From: an uncultured archaeon
GTDB taxonomy: Archaea; Aenigmatarchaeota; Aenigmatarchaeia; QMZP01
Direction: 5' to 3'
Assembly: GCA_964399875.1 (NCBI GenBank)
Contig: CAYNRQ010000003.1
Span: 1 to 36,623, forward strand
DNA length: 36,623 nucleotides
Numbering within the stretch: position 1 is the first letter of the stretch; the number at the start of each line of letters is the position of its first letter. Shown piece by piece: positions 17,612 through 25,984 of this stretch. The notes beneath the pieces were generated by a model. The model was not told the origin of the DNA and searched no databases. It saw only the letters and a program-made list of their open reading frames with translations. The position numbers were made by a program, and so were the translations under genes.

Positions 17612-18703
17612 TTATCTACGCCTCTTTTTGTTTTTCTTTTTTATTGTTTCTCTCTCGAGTTTTTGCAAAACACTCTTCATTGCCTTTGTTATATCCCATG
17701 TATGACTTTCAGCGAAAAACATTCCCCTTTCTGTTATTAGCCTTGCCTTGATTGAATATTTTATTCTTTTTCCTGTTTTACGATATTTTTTTATATGAAC
17801 GTTCATATGCGCTATGCTTGTGAACTTTGCCAGTTTTTTTATTTCGTTTTTAATTTCTTTATCAATAAGATATCTTATAAATTTATCCTCTTTTTGCGCC
17901 CCGCTTATATTAACATAAACACCTCCAACTTCTGCTCCTATTTTTTTCAATATGAGTTTTGGTGTTACAATACCCTTTACTTTTCCTTCTTCCTCTATTA
18001 TAATTGTTCTTGTGTTTTTTTCTATCATGATATTTATTAATTCCTTAACAGAAGTATGCGGATTCGCTCTTGGTATATTTTTTTTCATAAAACTTATTGC
18101 CCTGACGTTTCTCATCTTTATTTTTTCACCAGGACCGTAACCAATCATGCCCCTTTCTTTATTCAGAAACGTTTTGAGAAGATCTCTTGTATCTATAAGG
18201 CCTTCAATGCCTCCATTTTTGTTAAGAACGGGCAATCTGGAAATGTTGAGCACCCTTAACATAGACATTATTGTTTCTAAAGAATCATCTGCGCTAACAA
18301 AGAACGGCGTTTTCATTACATCTGCTGCTGTCATTTGTTTGAATACAAGAGAATTCTTTTTCTTTTTCAGGATATCCAGATTAGTCAATATGAAAAAATT
18401 CTTGCCCCTTATTAGTGGAACTGATTTGTAATCATTAATCAGCATTGAACTTATAACATCTGTTAGGTTTGTTCCAGGAGGGACAGGGCTTACATGCCTT
18501 ATGAACTTGTCTATCTTTGTTTCTTCCGGATTATCTATATTCCTTTTTGCTAAATCATTTGTTGTTATAAGTCCCCTGAAATCATTTCCATCTTTTACAA
18601 CAGCCTCATACTTTTTTTCTCTCAGCATTTTTTTTGTTACTTTGCTTATTGTTTCTCCTGAATTAATCACTAATGCTGGTTCTGCAATATCTATAAGACT
18701 CAC
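17612..18703 (-). CDS. CBS-domain protein (about four CBS repeats) with a C-terminal HPF/RaiA (Ribosomal_S30AE)-like domain
   Basis: Repeated CBS-like units occupy residues 1-255. Residues ~261-363 (nt 17612-17923) align by eye to E. coli RaiA/YfiA: NIS..., then ...HTWDITKAMKSVLQKLERETIKKKNK versus ...[25 protein letters not shown]. A GTG start lies 2 nt after the rps17e stop. Confidence 0.65.
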   Translation of the reverse strand: MSLIDIAEPALVINSGETISKVTKKMLREKKYEAVVKDGNDFRGLITTNDLAKRNIDNPEETKIDKFIRHVSPVPPGTNLTDVISSMLINDYKSVPLIRGKNFFILTNLDILKKKKNSLVFKQMTAADVMKTPFFVSADDSLETIMSMLRVLNISRLPVLNKNGGIEGLIDTRDLLKTFLNKERGMIGYGPGEKIKMRNVRAISFMKKNIPRANPHTSVKELINIMIEKNTRTIIIEEEGKVKGIVTPKLILKKIGAEVGGVYVNISGAQKEDKFIRYLIDKEIKNEIKKLAKFTSIAHMNVHIKKYRKTGKRIKYSIKARLITERGMFFAESHTWDITKAMKSVLQKLERETIKKKNKKRRR

Positions 18704-18705
18704 AA

Positions 18706-18906
18706 TCAGACACCCGATTCTTTAATCTGTTGCATTTTTTTTGTTATATAACCAGCTAAAATGTTTCTAATCTTCTTTGATTTAATCTTTTTTACTTCAT
18801 CCAATATTTTTTTATTTTTCTCAAAATCATCTGAGAATTTCTTGCCATGCTTCTTTATTAATTCATCTGCCAAGGATTTTACTGCTGTTGTTTTTATTCT
18901 TCCCAT
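18706..18906 (-). CDS. rps17e: 30S ribosomal protein S17e
   Basis: 66 aa. MGRIKTTAVKSLADELIKKHGKKFSDDFEKNKKILDEV matches the conserved S17e N-terminus. Confidence 0.9.
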   Translation of the reverse strand: MGRIKTTAVKSLADELIKKHGKKFSDDFEKNKKILDEVKKIKSKKIRNILAGYITKKMQQIKESGV

Positions 18907-18921
18907 ATTCTCATTCTCCTA

Positions 18922-19105
18922 TGGGACGGGAGGGATTTTCGTTCCCTTTTCCATAGTCTTCATCTCTTCCCATTTCACAGGGATAAAGAGATGTTTCATG
19001 CCTCTCATGAGACACGAATGTTTTTGAACAACACGTTGAAAAGTTTTATCGAACCCCCAACACCATGGTCTTCAGCCATGTGCTCTCCCATTGAGCTACC
19101 GCCCC
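18922..19105 (-). tRNA. tRNA-Phe (GAA) interrupted by a ~112-nt intron in the T-loop
   Basis: The minus strand reads GGGGCGG TA GCTC AATGGGA GAGC A CATGG CTGAAGA CCATG GTGTT GGGGG TTCGA [~112 nt, ~18937-19048] AT CCCTC CCGTCCC A. The acceptor stem (one G-U) and the T stem (one G-U) close only if the insert is removed. The intron ends can pair (CTTTTC with GAAAAG). The junction is uncertain by about 2 nt. Confidence 0.7.
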
Positions 19106-19106
19106 T

Positions 19107-19382
19107 TTAATACGTTATATATCCTATATCAAATGATTTTTCATCTATTATCTTTCCTTTTTCGCATGATCTATTCAATTCTGTTACTGTTTTTTTAATA
19201 TTAATATTATAGTGTTTCTCGCAAAAATATAAAGACATCAATTCCCTTTTTCGGGCTGTTCTTCTGTCTATTTCGAATATCAGGGTCTCTCTTGTCGGGA
19301 TTTTATTGCACCCTTTAAAATTGCATACCCTGTTAAGTTTTCTTAAATCAAACTTATTTATTAGCACTACTGTTGGGTCCAT
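19107..19382 (-). CDS. hypothetical small protein with a possible Cys/His zinc-binding pattern
   Basis: 91-aa ORF with CNFKGC ... CEKH. It fills the gap between the two tRNA genes exactly. No homology recognised. Confidence 0.3.
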   Translation of the reverse strand: MDPTVVLINKFDLRKLNRVCNFKGCNKIPTRETLIFEIDRRTARKRELMSLYFCEKHYNINIKKTVTELNRSCEKGKIIDEKSFDIGYITY

Positions 19383-19390
19383 GCTTTCAA

Positions 19391-19567
19391 CGCCCCAGAG
19401 AGGAAAATCAGACGAGCTGCTGATGGATTAAATCAGCAGCTGTCTTTCGAACCTCTGACACTACGGTACCTGCCTAAGGATAACAGCCGTATGCTCTACC
19501 TATTACCCACTTTCTTTACACATTGGTCTCCAGGGCATCCATAAAGAAAGCTCTGAGCTACTGGGGC
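19391..19567 (-). tRNA. tRNA-Asn (GUU) with three introns (D-loop, anticodon loop 37/38, T-loop)
   Basis: The minus strand reads GCCCCAG TA GCTC AG [~51 nt, ~19502-19552, internal helix CTTTCTTTA/TAAAGAAAG] (A)GGTA GAGC A TACGG CTGTTA [13 nt, 19468-19480] A CCGTA GTGTC AGAGG TTCGAA [~41 nt, ~19404-19445, helix GCTGCTGAT/ATCAGCAGC] T CCTCT CTGGGGC G. All four stems pair perfectly after removal. Junctions are approximate. Confidence 0.7.
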
Positions 19568-19716
19568 ATTATAGATTTATAGTCTAGAAGGTTAAAATTC
19601 TTTTCGAAGGGTTCCCGCCTCTTCAGATGAAGGATATTTCCTTTATAAAGAGACAGTGAGTATTTCTTTGCAGATTACATATAAAAAGCTCTAAGATTTA
19701 ATAAATTCTTAAAGAA

Positions 19717-20298
19717 TTATGATATTTTCCAGTTCAGATCCCCTATTCTTACTGCAAGGATGGACAGGTTTCCTTTTAGTTTTATACTATTCTCTTCTAT
19801 CGTACACCTGCCTATAAAATTAACCATTTCTATTGTACCATTATCTGTTGTTATATTTGGTTTTATCTCAAATTCCGTATTTTCAATGGCGAGTCTGCCT
19901 ATTTTTATTTTTTCTATGGTTATATTCTGCAGATCCAGATTTAGTTTCAAAGGGCTGTTTGATTCTTCAAGTGTTAGCGTATTGCTTTCAAAATCAATTC
20001 TTATTTTTCCATTGAATTCCTCTAAAATAATGGATGGGGTGGTTATGTTTACAGCAGATTCTGATTTCAGGGTTAGGTTTCTTGGATGCAGAGTTAAATC
20101 AACCTCATTTGTTTTTGGTGATGATGATCCAAAGAAACCCCCAAAGGGGGAGTTGCCTAACCAATCACCTATTGTTTTCCCTACACTGCCAAAAAAACCT
20201 CCTATGCCAGAACCGCCTATTAACAATGTAGAAATAATCAACAGAGCTGCAATTGAGGCTGCGAATATTTTCCAATCAAGCATTATAGCACCTTTCAT
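19717..20298 (-). CDS. hypothetical membrane-anchored/secreted protein, rich in N-x-S/T sequons
   Basis: 193-aa ORF with an N-terminal TM segment (IFAASIAALLIISTLLIGG) and GGFFGS repeated twice. The beta-rich C-terminal part carries many NxT/NxS sites. A 227-aa antisense ORF also exists, so the strand choice is not certain. Confidence 0.4.
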   Translation of the reverse strand: MKGAIMLDWKIFAASIAALLIISTLLIGGSGIGGFFGSVGKTIGDWLGNSPFGGFFGSSSPKTNEVDLTLHPRNLTLKSESAVNITTPSIILEEFNGKIRIDFESNTLTLEESNSPLKLNLDLQNITIEKIKIGRLAIENTEFEIKPNITTDNGTIEMVNFIGRCTIEENSIKLKGNLSILAVRIGDLNWKIS

Positions 20299-20391
20299 GG
20301 CTAAGTATTTATTATTACGCTATTTAAATAATATTAAATACTTATATAATAGATTAAAGATTAAAAATTTAAATTATGGATTGGGGTTGGG

Positions 20392-21579
20392 ATGGAAAAT
20401 CTGCTTTTTCAGTTCGGTGGGGATAATATTTTCTCATGGGTAATCTGGATAATATTCATAATGATATTTTTTCTCTTCTATCCCAGGATCATGCTCTCGC
20501 AGATAATGTGGAAACTGGAAAGGGTTGCCAGGGAATTGGAGATAATGTCTAATAGATCAAAGGCTTTTATTGCCAAAGAGATAAATAAAAACCCTGATAA
20601 GAAAATAAAGGATTCTATAAACATGTTTTTTGAGTTTTTCATGATAAGTCCCGTGTCCCTGGATCCGGCAGGTGTTATAGGCAAATTTGATCATCTTATC
20701 CAGAACCAAAAAGACAGATTTAGATACTTTGTAAAACAGATCGCACCGAAGGCGGATAAAGAAAAACAGGCCAGCCTTGAGATGGGTTTTGCTGGTGGCA
20801 TAACTGTTCATACGATAGCAAAGATAGTAAGGCATTATGTGGAGATTGTTAAGAAAACAAAGAGTGTTCAGATAGCAATGGTTCTGCACATGCAACTTCC
20901 TCTTATAGAGAGGACAGCAAAGGCCATGTATAAAGGGACAAAGGCCTTGACTAAGGGCCAGCCAATAGGTGATGGACTGGGTCCTCTGGTTATTGCAAGT
21001 CTCATGGAAAATAAAAAGGTAAAGGAGATAGAGGATGAAATATTGATGGCCAAAACAAAAATTAATGACAGGGGTGTTTTTCTATTAAAGGCAAAGGGTC
21101 CTGGAGGCAGGATAGGAAGCCCCGGCAAGGCTGTTGAAAAACTTACAAGGAATAATAAAATAGCAAGGATAATAACAATAGATGCAGCTGCAAAACTGGA
21201 GGGTGAAAAGAGTGGCAGCATTGCTGAAGGTGTTGGTGTAGCAATGGGTGGTGTTGGTGTTGAAAGGTCCTATATAGAGGGTGTGGCTGTGAAGAAGGGC
21301 ATTCCTCTGGATTCTGTTGTAGTGAAGATGAGCCAAGAAGAGGCTATACAGCCTATGAGAAAGGTTATAAAAGATGCTTTGCCTGAGGTTAAAAAATCAT
21401 TGGAAAGGAGTTTGATGAGAACAAAAAAGGGTGACAAGGTTATAGTTGTTGGCGTTGGGAACACATCTGGCATTGGCAATTCATCCAAGGATATAAAAAA
21501 GACTGAGGAATGGATAGAAGAAAATGAAAAGAAAATAAAGGCCATGGAAAAAGAAAGGAAAAAAGAGCACAAATATTAA
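20392..21579 (+). CDS. DUF1512-like archaeal membrane protein
   Basis: 395-aa ORF with an N-terminal TM segment, a GQPIGDGLGPLV motif, and a glycine-rich AEGVGVAMGGVGVE segment. The architecture is recalled from archaeal DUF1512 proteins and was not searched. Confidence 0.4.
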   Translation: MENLLFQFGGDNIFSWVIWIIFIMIFFLFYPRIMLSQIMWKLERVARELEIMSNRSKAFIAKEINKNPDKKIKDSINMFFEFFMISPVSLDPAGVIGKFDHLIQNQKDRFRYFVKQIAPKADKEKQASLEMGFAGGITVHTIAKIVRHYVEIVKKTKSVQIAMVLHMQLPLIERTAKAMYKGTKALTKGQPIGDGLGPLVIASLMENKKVKEIEDEILMAKTKINDRGVFLLKAKGPGGRIGSPGKAVEKLTRNNKIARIITIDAAAKLEGEKSGSIAEGVGVAMGGVGVERSYIEGVAVKKGIPLDSVVVKMSQEEAIQPMRKVIKDALPEVKKSLERSLMRTKKGDKVIVVGVGNTSGIGNSSKDIKKTEEWIEENEKKIKAMEKERKKEHKY

Positions 21580-21609
21580 TCTATTTCTTTAATTTAATCG
21601 TGTGGTTTA

Positions 21610-22887
21610 ATGAAAATATTTTCTGATCTGCATATACATAGCAGATTTTCAAGGGCATGCAGCAAGGCCATAAATATACAAAATCTTGAGAAGTATGCGA
21701 AGATTAAAGGAGTAAATCTGCTTGGAACAGGCGATTTTACTCACCCGTTATGGCTAAAGGAATTAAAGGAAAATCTGAAAGAGGACGGGAGCGGTGTTTT
21801 GAAGACAGAATCTGGTTTTTCCTTTGTTTTGTCAACAGAAATCGCAAACATATACAGCCAAGGGGGCAAGGGAAGAAGGGTGCATAATGTTATACTTGCG
21901 CCTAGTTTTGAGGTTGTTGAACAGATAAATGCAGAGCTTTCCAAGAAAGGAAGACTTGATTATGACGGAAGGCCTATCTTTGGATTTAGCTGCCCTGAGC
22001 TTGTTGATATAATGAAGGGTGTTTCTGATGATGTTGAAATAATACCTGCTCACATCTGGACGCCGTGGTTCAGTCTTTTTGGATCAAAATCAGGATTTGA
22101 CAGGATAGAGGATTGTTTTCAGGACAGGGTTAAGCATATATATGCTCTGGAAACAGGCCTGTCAAGCGATCCTGCAATGAACTGGAGGCTGAGCCAACTG
22201 GATAAATATTCCTTGGTTTCTTTCTCTGATTCACACAGCTTTTGGCCCTGGAGAATGGGCAGGGAAATGACTGTTTTTGAAACAGACATGAACTATAAAA
22301 GTATTATAAATGCTATGAGAACAAAGCAGGGCTTGTTAGAAACAATAGAGGTTGACCCATCTTACGGAAAGTATCATGTTGATGGGCACAGGGCATGCAA
22401 TGTCTCTTTGGAGCCCAAACAATCTGAGAAAATAAATAATATTTGTCCTAAATGCGGAAGGCCGTTAACCATTGGCGTATTGCACAGGGTTGAAGAGCTT
22501 GCTGACAGAGAAGATGGTTTCAAACCAGATGGTGCAAAACCATTTCAATCCCTTATACCATTGTCAGAGATAATATCAAATGTTATGGGCATAGAGCAGA
22601 TATATTCCAAAAAGATATGGGAAATGTATACAAAACTGATTGATGCCTTTGGTTCTGAGCTGAATGTTTTGATAGAGGCGCCCCTGGAGAGGATAAAAGA
22701 AGTGGTTAAGGAAAAGATAGCAAAAGCTATTGTAAATGTCAGATACGGAAAGGTAAAGATAAACCCGGGTTTTGATGGAATATATGGAAAAATTATATTA
22801 AATGATAAAAAACATGTTTCCTATAATTCCCCTGAAAAAATTAATCGTCAAACAAGTTTAAAGCAATTCCAGGGTGATTGTGATTGA
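21610..22887 (+). CDS. endonuclease Q (EndoQ)-like PHP-domain nuclease
   Basis: N-terminus DLHIHSRFSRACS with GTGDFTHPLW (PHP metal site). The internal zinc finger CPKCGRPLTIGVLHRVEELAD is as in the Pyrococcus EndoQ family. Confidence 0.7.
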   Translation: MKIFSDLHIHSRFSRACSKAINIQNLEKYAKIKGVNLLGTGDFTHPLWLKELKENLKEDGSGVLKTESGFSFVLSTEIANIYSQGGKGRRVHNVILAPSFEVVEQINAELSKKGRLDYDGRPIFGFSCPELVDIMKGVSDDVEIIPAHIWTPWFSLFGSKSGFDRIEDCFQDRVKHIYALETGLSSDPAMNWRLSQLDKYSLVSFSDSHSFWPWRMGREMTVFETDMNYKSIINAMRTKQGLLETIEVDPSYGKYHVDGHRACNVSLEPKQSEKINNICPKCGRPLTIGVLHRVEELADREDGFKPDGAKPFQSLIPLSEIISNVMGIEQIYSKKIWEMYTKLIDAFGSELNVLIEAPLERIKEVVKEKIAKAIVNVRYGKVKINPGFDGIYGKIILNDKKHVSYNSPEKINRQTSLKQFQGDCD

Positions 22888-23086
22888 TGTTTATTGTTTC
22901 TGTTTGTCTTGAAATTCTCAAGATTGTCTTCATTATAAAGATCTATAACATAAACGATGCCTGCGACATGCATAGACAGTCCTTGATTATTTCTTCTCAT
23001 GGTTTGCTTTTGGAAGATTTTATAGGCTCTGTATCTTCATTCTGAATAAAGGAATTGATTCATTATATGTCTGTTTTATCTTCTTC

Positions 23087-24019
23087 CTAAAACAGATCAT
23101 TCTCTGTTCCTGTAACAGTTATAGTGGTTGATTTTTCAACGATATAACCGTATTCTGCGGAGACTGTGATTAATTTTTGATACCTGTCCTCTAAGACGCC
23201 AAAACCACCAAAACCGGAAATCTGGAGCTTACATCCTATAACCTGTGTTTGTCCGCGTTCCAGACCCAACACCTGCTGTTCGCTGCACTCTTTAAGAACC
23301 ATGTCTGTATCCAGATCTATGTTCAATATGAATTTATTCCAAGACCCGCTTCGGCAATCACTGGTTTCACAGACAATACCATTCGCGAGGTTGGTTATTG
23401 ATATTTCTATAGGAAATGTAACGCTTTGCCCGGAATCAGATAATTTTATGGGGCTCTTTGCCTTTATACTTATGGCCAAGGGTCCGCTTGTAGTGGTTGT
23501 TGTTTCAGAGGGAAGGGATCTTCCTGAATCCATTATTCTTCTTAATTCATCAGCAGTTCCTATTGTTATGGATTGTATTGTTGTTGTTTTATAACCATAC
23601 GTTATCCTTGCGATTGGGTGGTATTTTCTTTGTATGTTTAGTGGTATGTTCCCAGGGGCCTTGGTTTTCCAATAACATGCCCTTGATTCTCCTCTTATAT
23701 TCTCGCTGGGCACAGCTCCGCTTAGCCTTCCTTTTATGTTGTCACATGTCTCTGATGTTCCCAGACCAATCCCTGGCCAACTAACGCCTGTGAGTTTTAT
23801 CTCCTTTATATCAGCATCAGCAGTGCCTGTGTTTCTTATTCTTAAATTGAATTGGACATCTTCTCCTGAATTAACCTCAAGAAAATATGGTGCGAAATGT
23901 TCTATAACAACGCCATTTCCTCCTGTGATAAGTGGACCAGTACATCCAGAAGAAATGAGAATAAGTGATATTATTGAGGTTAATAATACGTTTGTTTTTT
24001 TAAAGTAGTGCCAGAACAT
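23087..24019 (-). CDS. predicted lipobox surface protein, paralogue 1 (two CARDB-like beta-sandwich domains)
   Basis: The signal peptide ends in LILISSGC (lipobox-like). VNSGEDVQFNLRIRNTGTADA fits the CARDB pattern. A TTTTTS linker is followed by GPLAISI. It aligns to paralogue 2 along its whole length. Confidence 0.5.
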   Translation of the reverse strand: MFWHYFKKTNVLLTSIISLILISSGCTGPLITGGNGVVIEHFAPYFLEVNSGEDVQFNLRIRNTGTADADIKEIKLTGVSWPGIGLGTSETCDNIKGRLSGAVPSENIRGESRACYWKTKAPGNIPLNIQRKYHPIARITYGYKTTTIQSITIGTADELRRIMDSGRSLPSETTTTTSGPLAISIKAKSPIKLSDSGQSVTFPIEISITNLANGIVCETSDCRSGSWNKFILNIDLDTDMVLKECSEQQVLGLERGQTQVIGCKLQISGFGGFGVLEDRYQKLITVSAEYGYIVEKSTTITVTGTENDLF

Positions 24020-24053
24020 TAATTATGTTTTGTTTTTTAAACTTTATAAAGAG

Positions 24054-25019
24054 TTAAATAAGGAAGCTCCTTTCTCTTCCTATAACCCTCATCTGCGTTT
24101 GACTTTCTATCTCATACCTGTACTTTATCTCAACTGTAAGCAGTCTCTGATCTCTGTCCAATGGGGGGTTTGTCACCCGGAGTTCGCATGTTATATCAGC
24201 GTCCCTGTTCTTGAACAGGTTCTCTATAACCACCCCTGATGTGCAGTCATCAAATAAGCCATATCCTGAATGTACAAACTCTGTTCCTGTGGGCGGGGTT
24301 ATTTTAACCTCAATTGGGTAATTTTCACCATCCAACCCGCCAAATCCACCAAAACTACCAGGTACAACTGTTCCGCCTTGTGTGTTTGTTATCCTGATCT
24401 GCACAGGGAAAACATCATAAACACTTTCAAAACCCTCTCCGCCTGTTCTGACATAGGGTTTCATTTCTATATAAACACTCAGTGGCCCCTGAGAGGTTGT
24501 GGTTGCGCTGCTTGGGAGTGTTCCTCCCCTGTCCCTTATGTTTCTCAATTCATCGTTGTTTACCACCCATATGGGCTTTTGTGCTGTTGTTGTGTAATCA
24601 TAAGATACCTTTACTATTGGTGTGAATGTCCATTCCATGTTGTTTGGTATGTCAGCCGCCCTGAGGTTCCATTCTGCTGTTTGAATTTCACCCTGTGTGT
24701 TTGTCTCAATGTCTCTTCCTATCATATCACCAAGGCTTTGTTCTCCCAGAAGGGTGCCAAATGTGCCCCACTCATCAAGATTTATGCCTGCTATTCTGGC
24801 TCTGACATCCAGTGCTCTTGTTGTTCCTTGGTTTTGGACTCTTAACCTTAGCTGTACAGGATCGCCAGAACTAACGGTTGCTGTATCAGGCTCGAAATTC
24901 AGAATGACTATCCCCGGGCCTGAAATGCTTCCTCCTGTGCAGCCAGAAACAAGGATAATTGCAAATATTGGTAAGATTAGAAAAAATTTCATATACGAAG
25001 CTATTGGTTTTCCTAGCAT
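24054..25019 (-). CDS. predicted lipobox surface protein, paralogue 2
   Basis: AIILVSGCTG lipobox, VSSGDPVQLRLRVQNQGTTRA, DELRNIRDRGGTLPSSATTTSQGPLSV and a GSFGGFGG motif. An alternative start MKFFLIL lies at 24992. Confidence 0.5.
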   Translation of the reverse strand: MLGKPIASYMKFFLILPIFAIILVSGCTGGSISGPGIVILNFEPDTATVSSGDPVQLRLRVQNQGTTRALDVRARIAGINLDEWGTFGTLLGEQSLGDMIGRDIETNTQGEIQTAEWNLRAADIPNNMEWTFTPIVKVSYDYTTTAQKPIWVVNNDELRNIRDRGGTLPSSATTTSQGPLSVYIEMKPYVRTGGEGFESVYDVFPVQIRITNTQGGTVVPGSFGGFGGLDGENYPIEVKITPPTGTEFVHSGYGLFDDCTSGVVIENLFKNRDADITCELRVTNPPLDRDQRLLTVEIKYRYEIESQTQMRVIGRERSFLI

Positions 25020-25081
25020 TTTAATCCTTTACTTTAATATATATGTTCTTATTGGTTTATAAGTTTTTTAAGTTTATGCTC

Positions 25082-25984
25082 TTAAACTCTTGGTCTTGGT
25101 TCTACATAAACTTTTGTGGTTTTTCTGAATTCGTAATTGTATTTTATTTTTGTTCTCAGGTCGAATGTCTGTTCGATGTCAACATTATCTTTTTTTACGG
25201 TACAGAAGTATTTTGATGATTGTTTGTTTATAAGCTGTTTGTAATCATCCGATGGGTTGCAATTAATGCTTAATCCTTCTCCTTCTATCGGACCTATCTC
25301 TTTTATTGCTGAATTTTCAACATATCCGTGACCGAGATTTTTGATCTGAAGGGAAACAGGGGCGTCTGTTCCTGCACTCACTGGTTGCTGTGTTTCCACC
25401 TTTAAGTATGGTTTCACAGGTCCGTAACCTATTGCGCTCGACCCCTGTATCTGCCATGGTTCTTGGTTCTGGATCCTGACATCCAAAACAGCGGGGTCTA
25501 TGAAGGTTATCTGTGTTATTGTTTCTGTTTCGTGCTCGTATGTGACCTTCACTTTCAGATCACACGGCACCTTTAGGTTCACATCCTTGGCTATTAGCTC
25601 CCATTTTATCTGTTTTGTCTGCCTTGGCAGAAGTTCTATATTTTCACAGTCTTTTTTCTCCGCACCTGCTTCACATGACTTTTTTTCAAAAAGGTTTGTG
25701 CAGTAATCATACATACTGACAGATACTTTTTTTGTTTCTCCTCCTGCCGCTTCTATGTTCTGTATGTCTGCATAAACAGTTAGCGTCTGGCCAGAAACAA
25801 TAGAAGCTGATGGTGATGGCCTTATATTTTTTATGATTATTATATCATCTTCATATTCAACTGCCCCATTGCCAAACCATGGCATCTCTATATTAAGAAA
25901 CGGTATTGTGCAACCAGATATAAGGATGATGAAAATTAATGGTAACAGCAACGTGGTCTTTTTTATAGAGGAGATGTGCTTCAT
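25082..25984 (-). CDS. predicted lipobox surface protein, paralogue 3 (more divergent)
   Basis: IILISGCT lipobox, VSGQTLTVYADIQNIEAAG, and KWELIAKDVNLKVPCDLKVKVTYEHET matching W.L.A.DIP...VKVSYDYTT of paralogue 2. Confidence 0.5.
   Translation of the reverse strand: MKHISSIKKTTLLLPLIFIILISGCTIPFLNIEMPWFGNGAVEYEDDIIIIKNIRPSPSASIVSGQTLTVYADIQNIEAAGGETKKVSVSMYDYCTNLFEKKSCEAGAEKKDCENIELLPRQTKQIKWELIAKDVNLKVPCDLKVKVTYEHETETITQITFIDPAVLDVRIQNQEPWQIQGSSAIGYGPVKPYLKVETQQPVSAGTDAPVSLQIKNLGHGYVENSAIKEIGPIEGEGLSINCNPSDDYKQLINKQSSKYFCTVKKDNVDIEQTFDLRTKIKYNYEFRKTTKVYVEPRPRV

Noticed and set aside
18937-19048. Possible C/D-box sRNA inside the tRNA-Phe intron (GATGAAGA resembles a C box)
   Set aside because: There is no convincing D box (CUGA) at the right distance and no C'/D' pair. 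One near-match is expected by chance in an AT-rich 112-nt sequence.
19568-19716. 149-nt spacer upstream of tRNA-Asn, inspected for a further tRNA, tRNA half or sRNA
   Set aside because: Only short hairpins (AAGGA-tatt-TCCTT) and a palindromic TATA-like CTTTATAAAG were found. No cloverleaf arms or box motifs could be assembled. It is most likely a promoter/leader region.
19760-20443. 227-aa plus-strand ORF antisense to the 19717..20298 gene and running into the start of the DUF1512-like gene
   Set aside because: The product is low-complexity and Ser/Phe/Ile-rich, as is typical of the antisense frame of an AT-rich gene. It overlaps the next plus-strand gene in another frame and has no plausible start context. 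The minus-strand product has a clean TM anchor. The strand call still has only moderate confidence.
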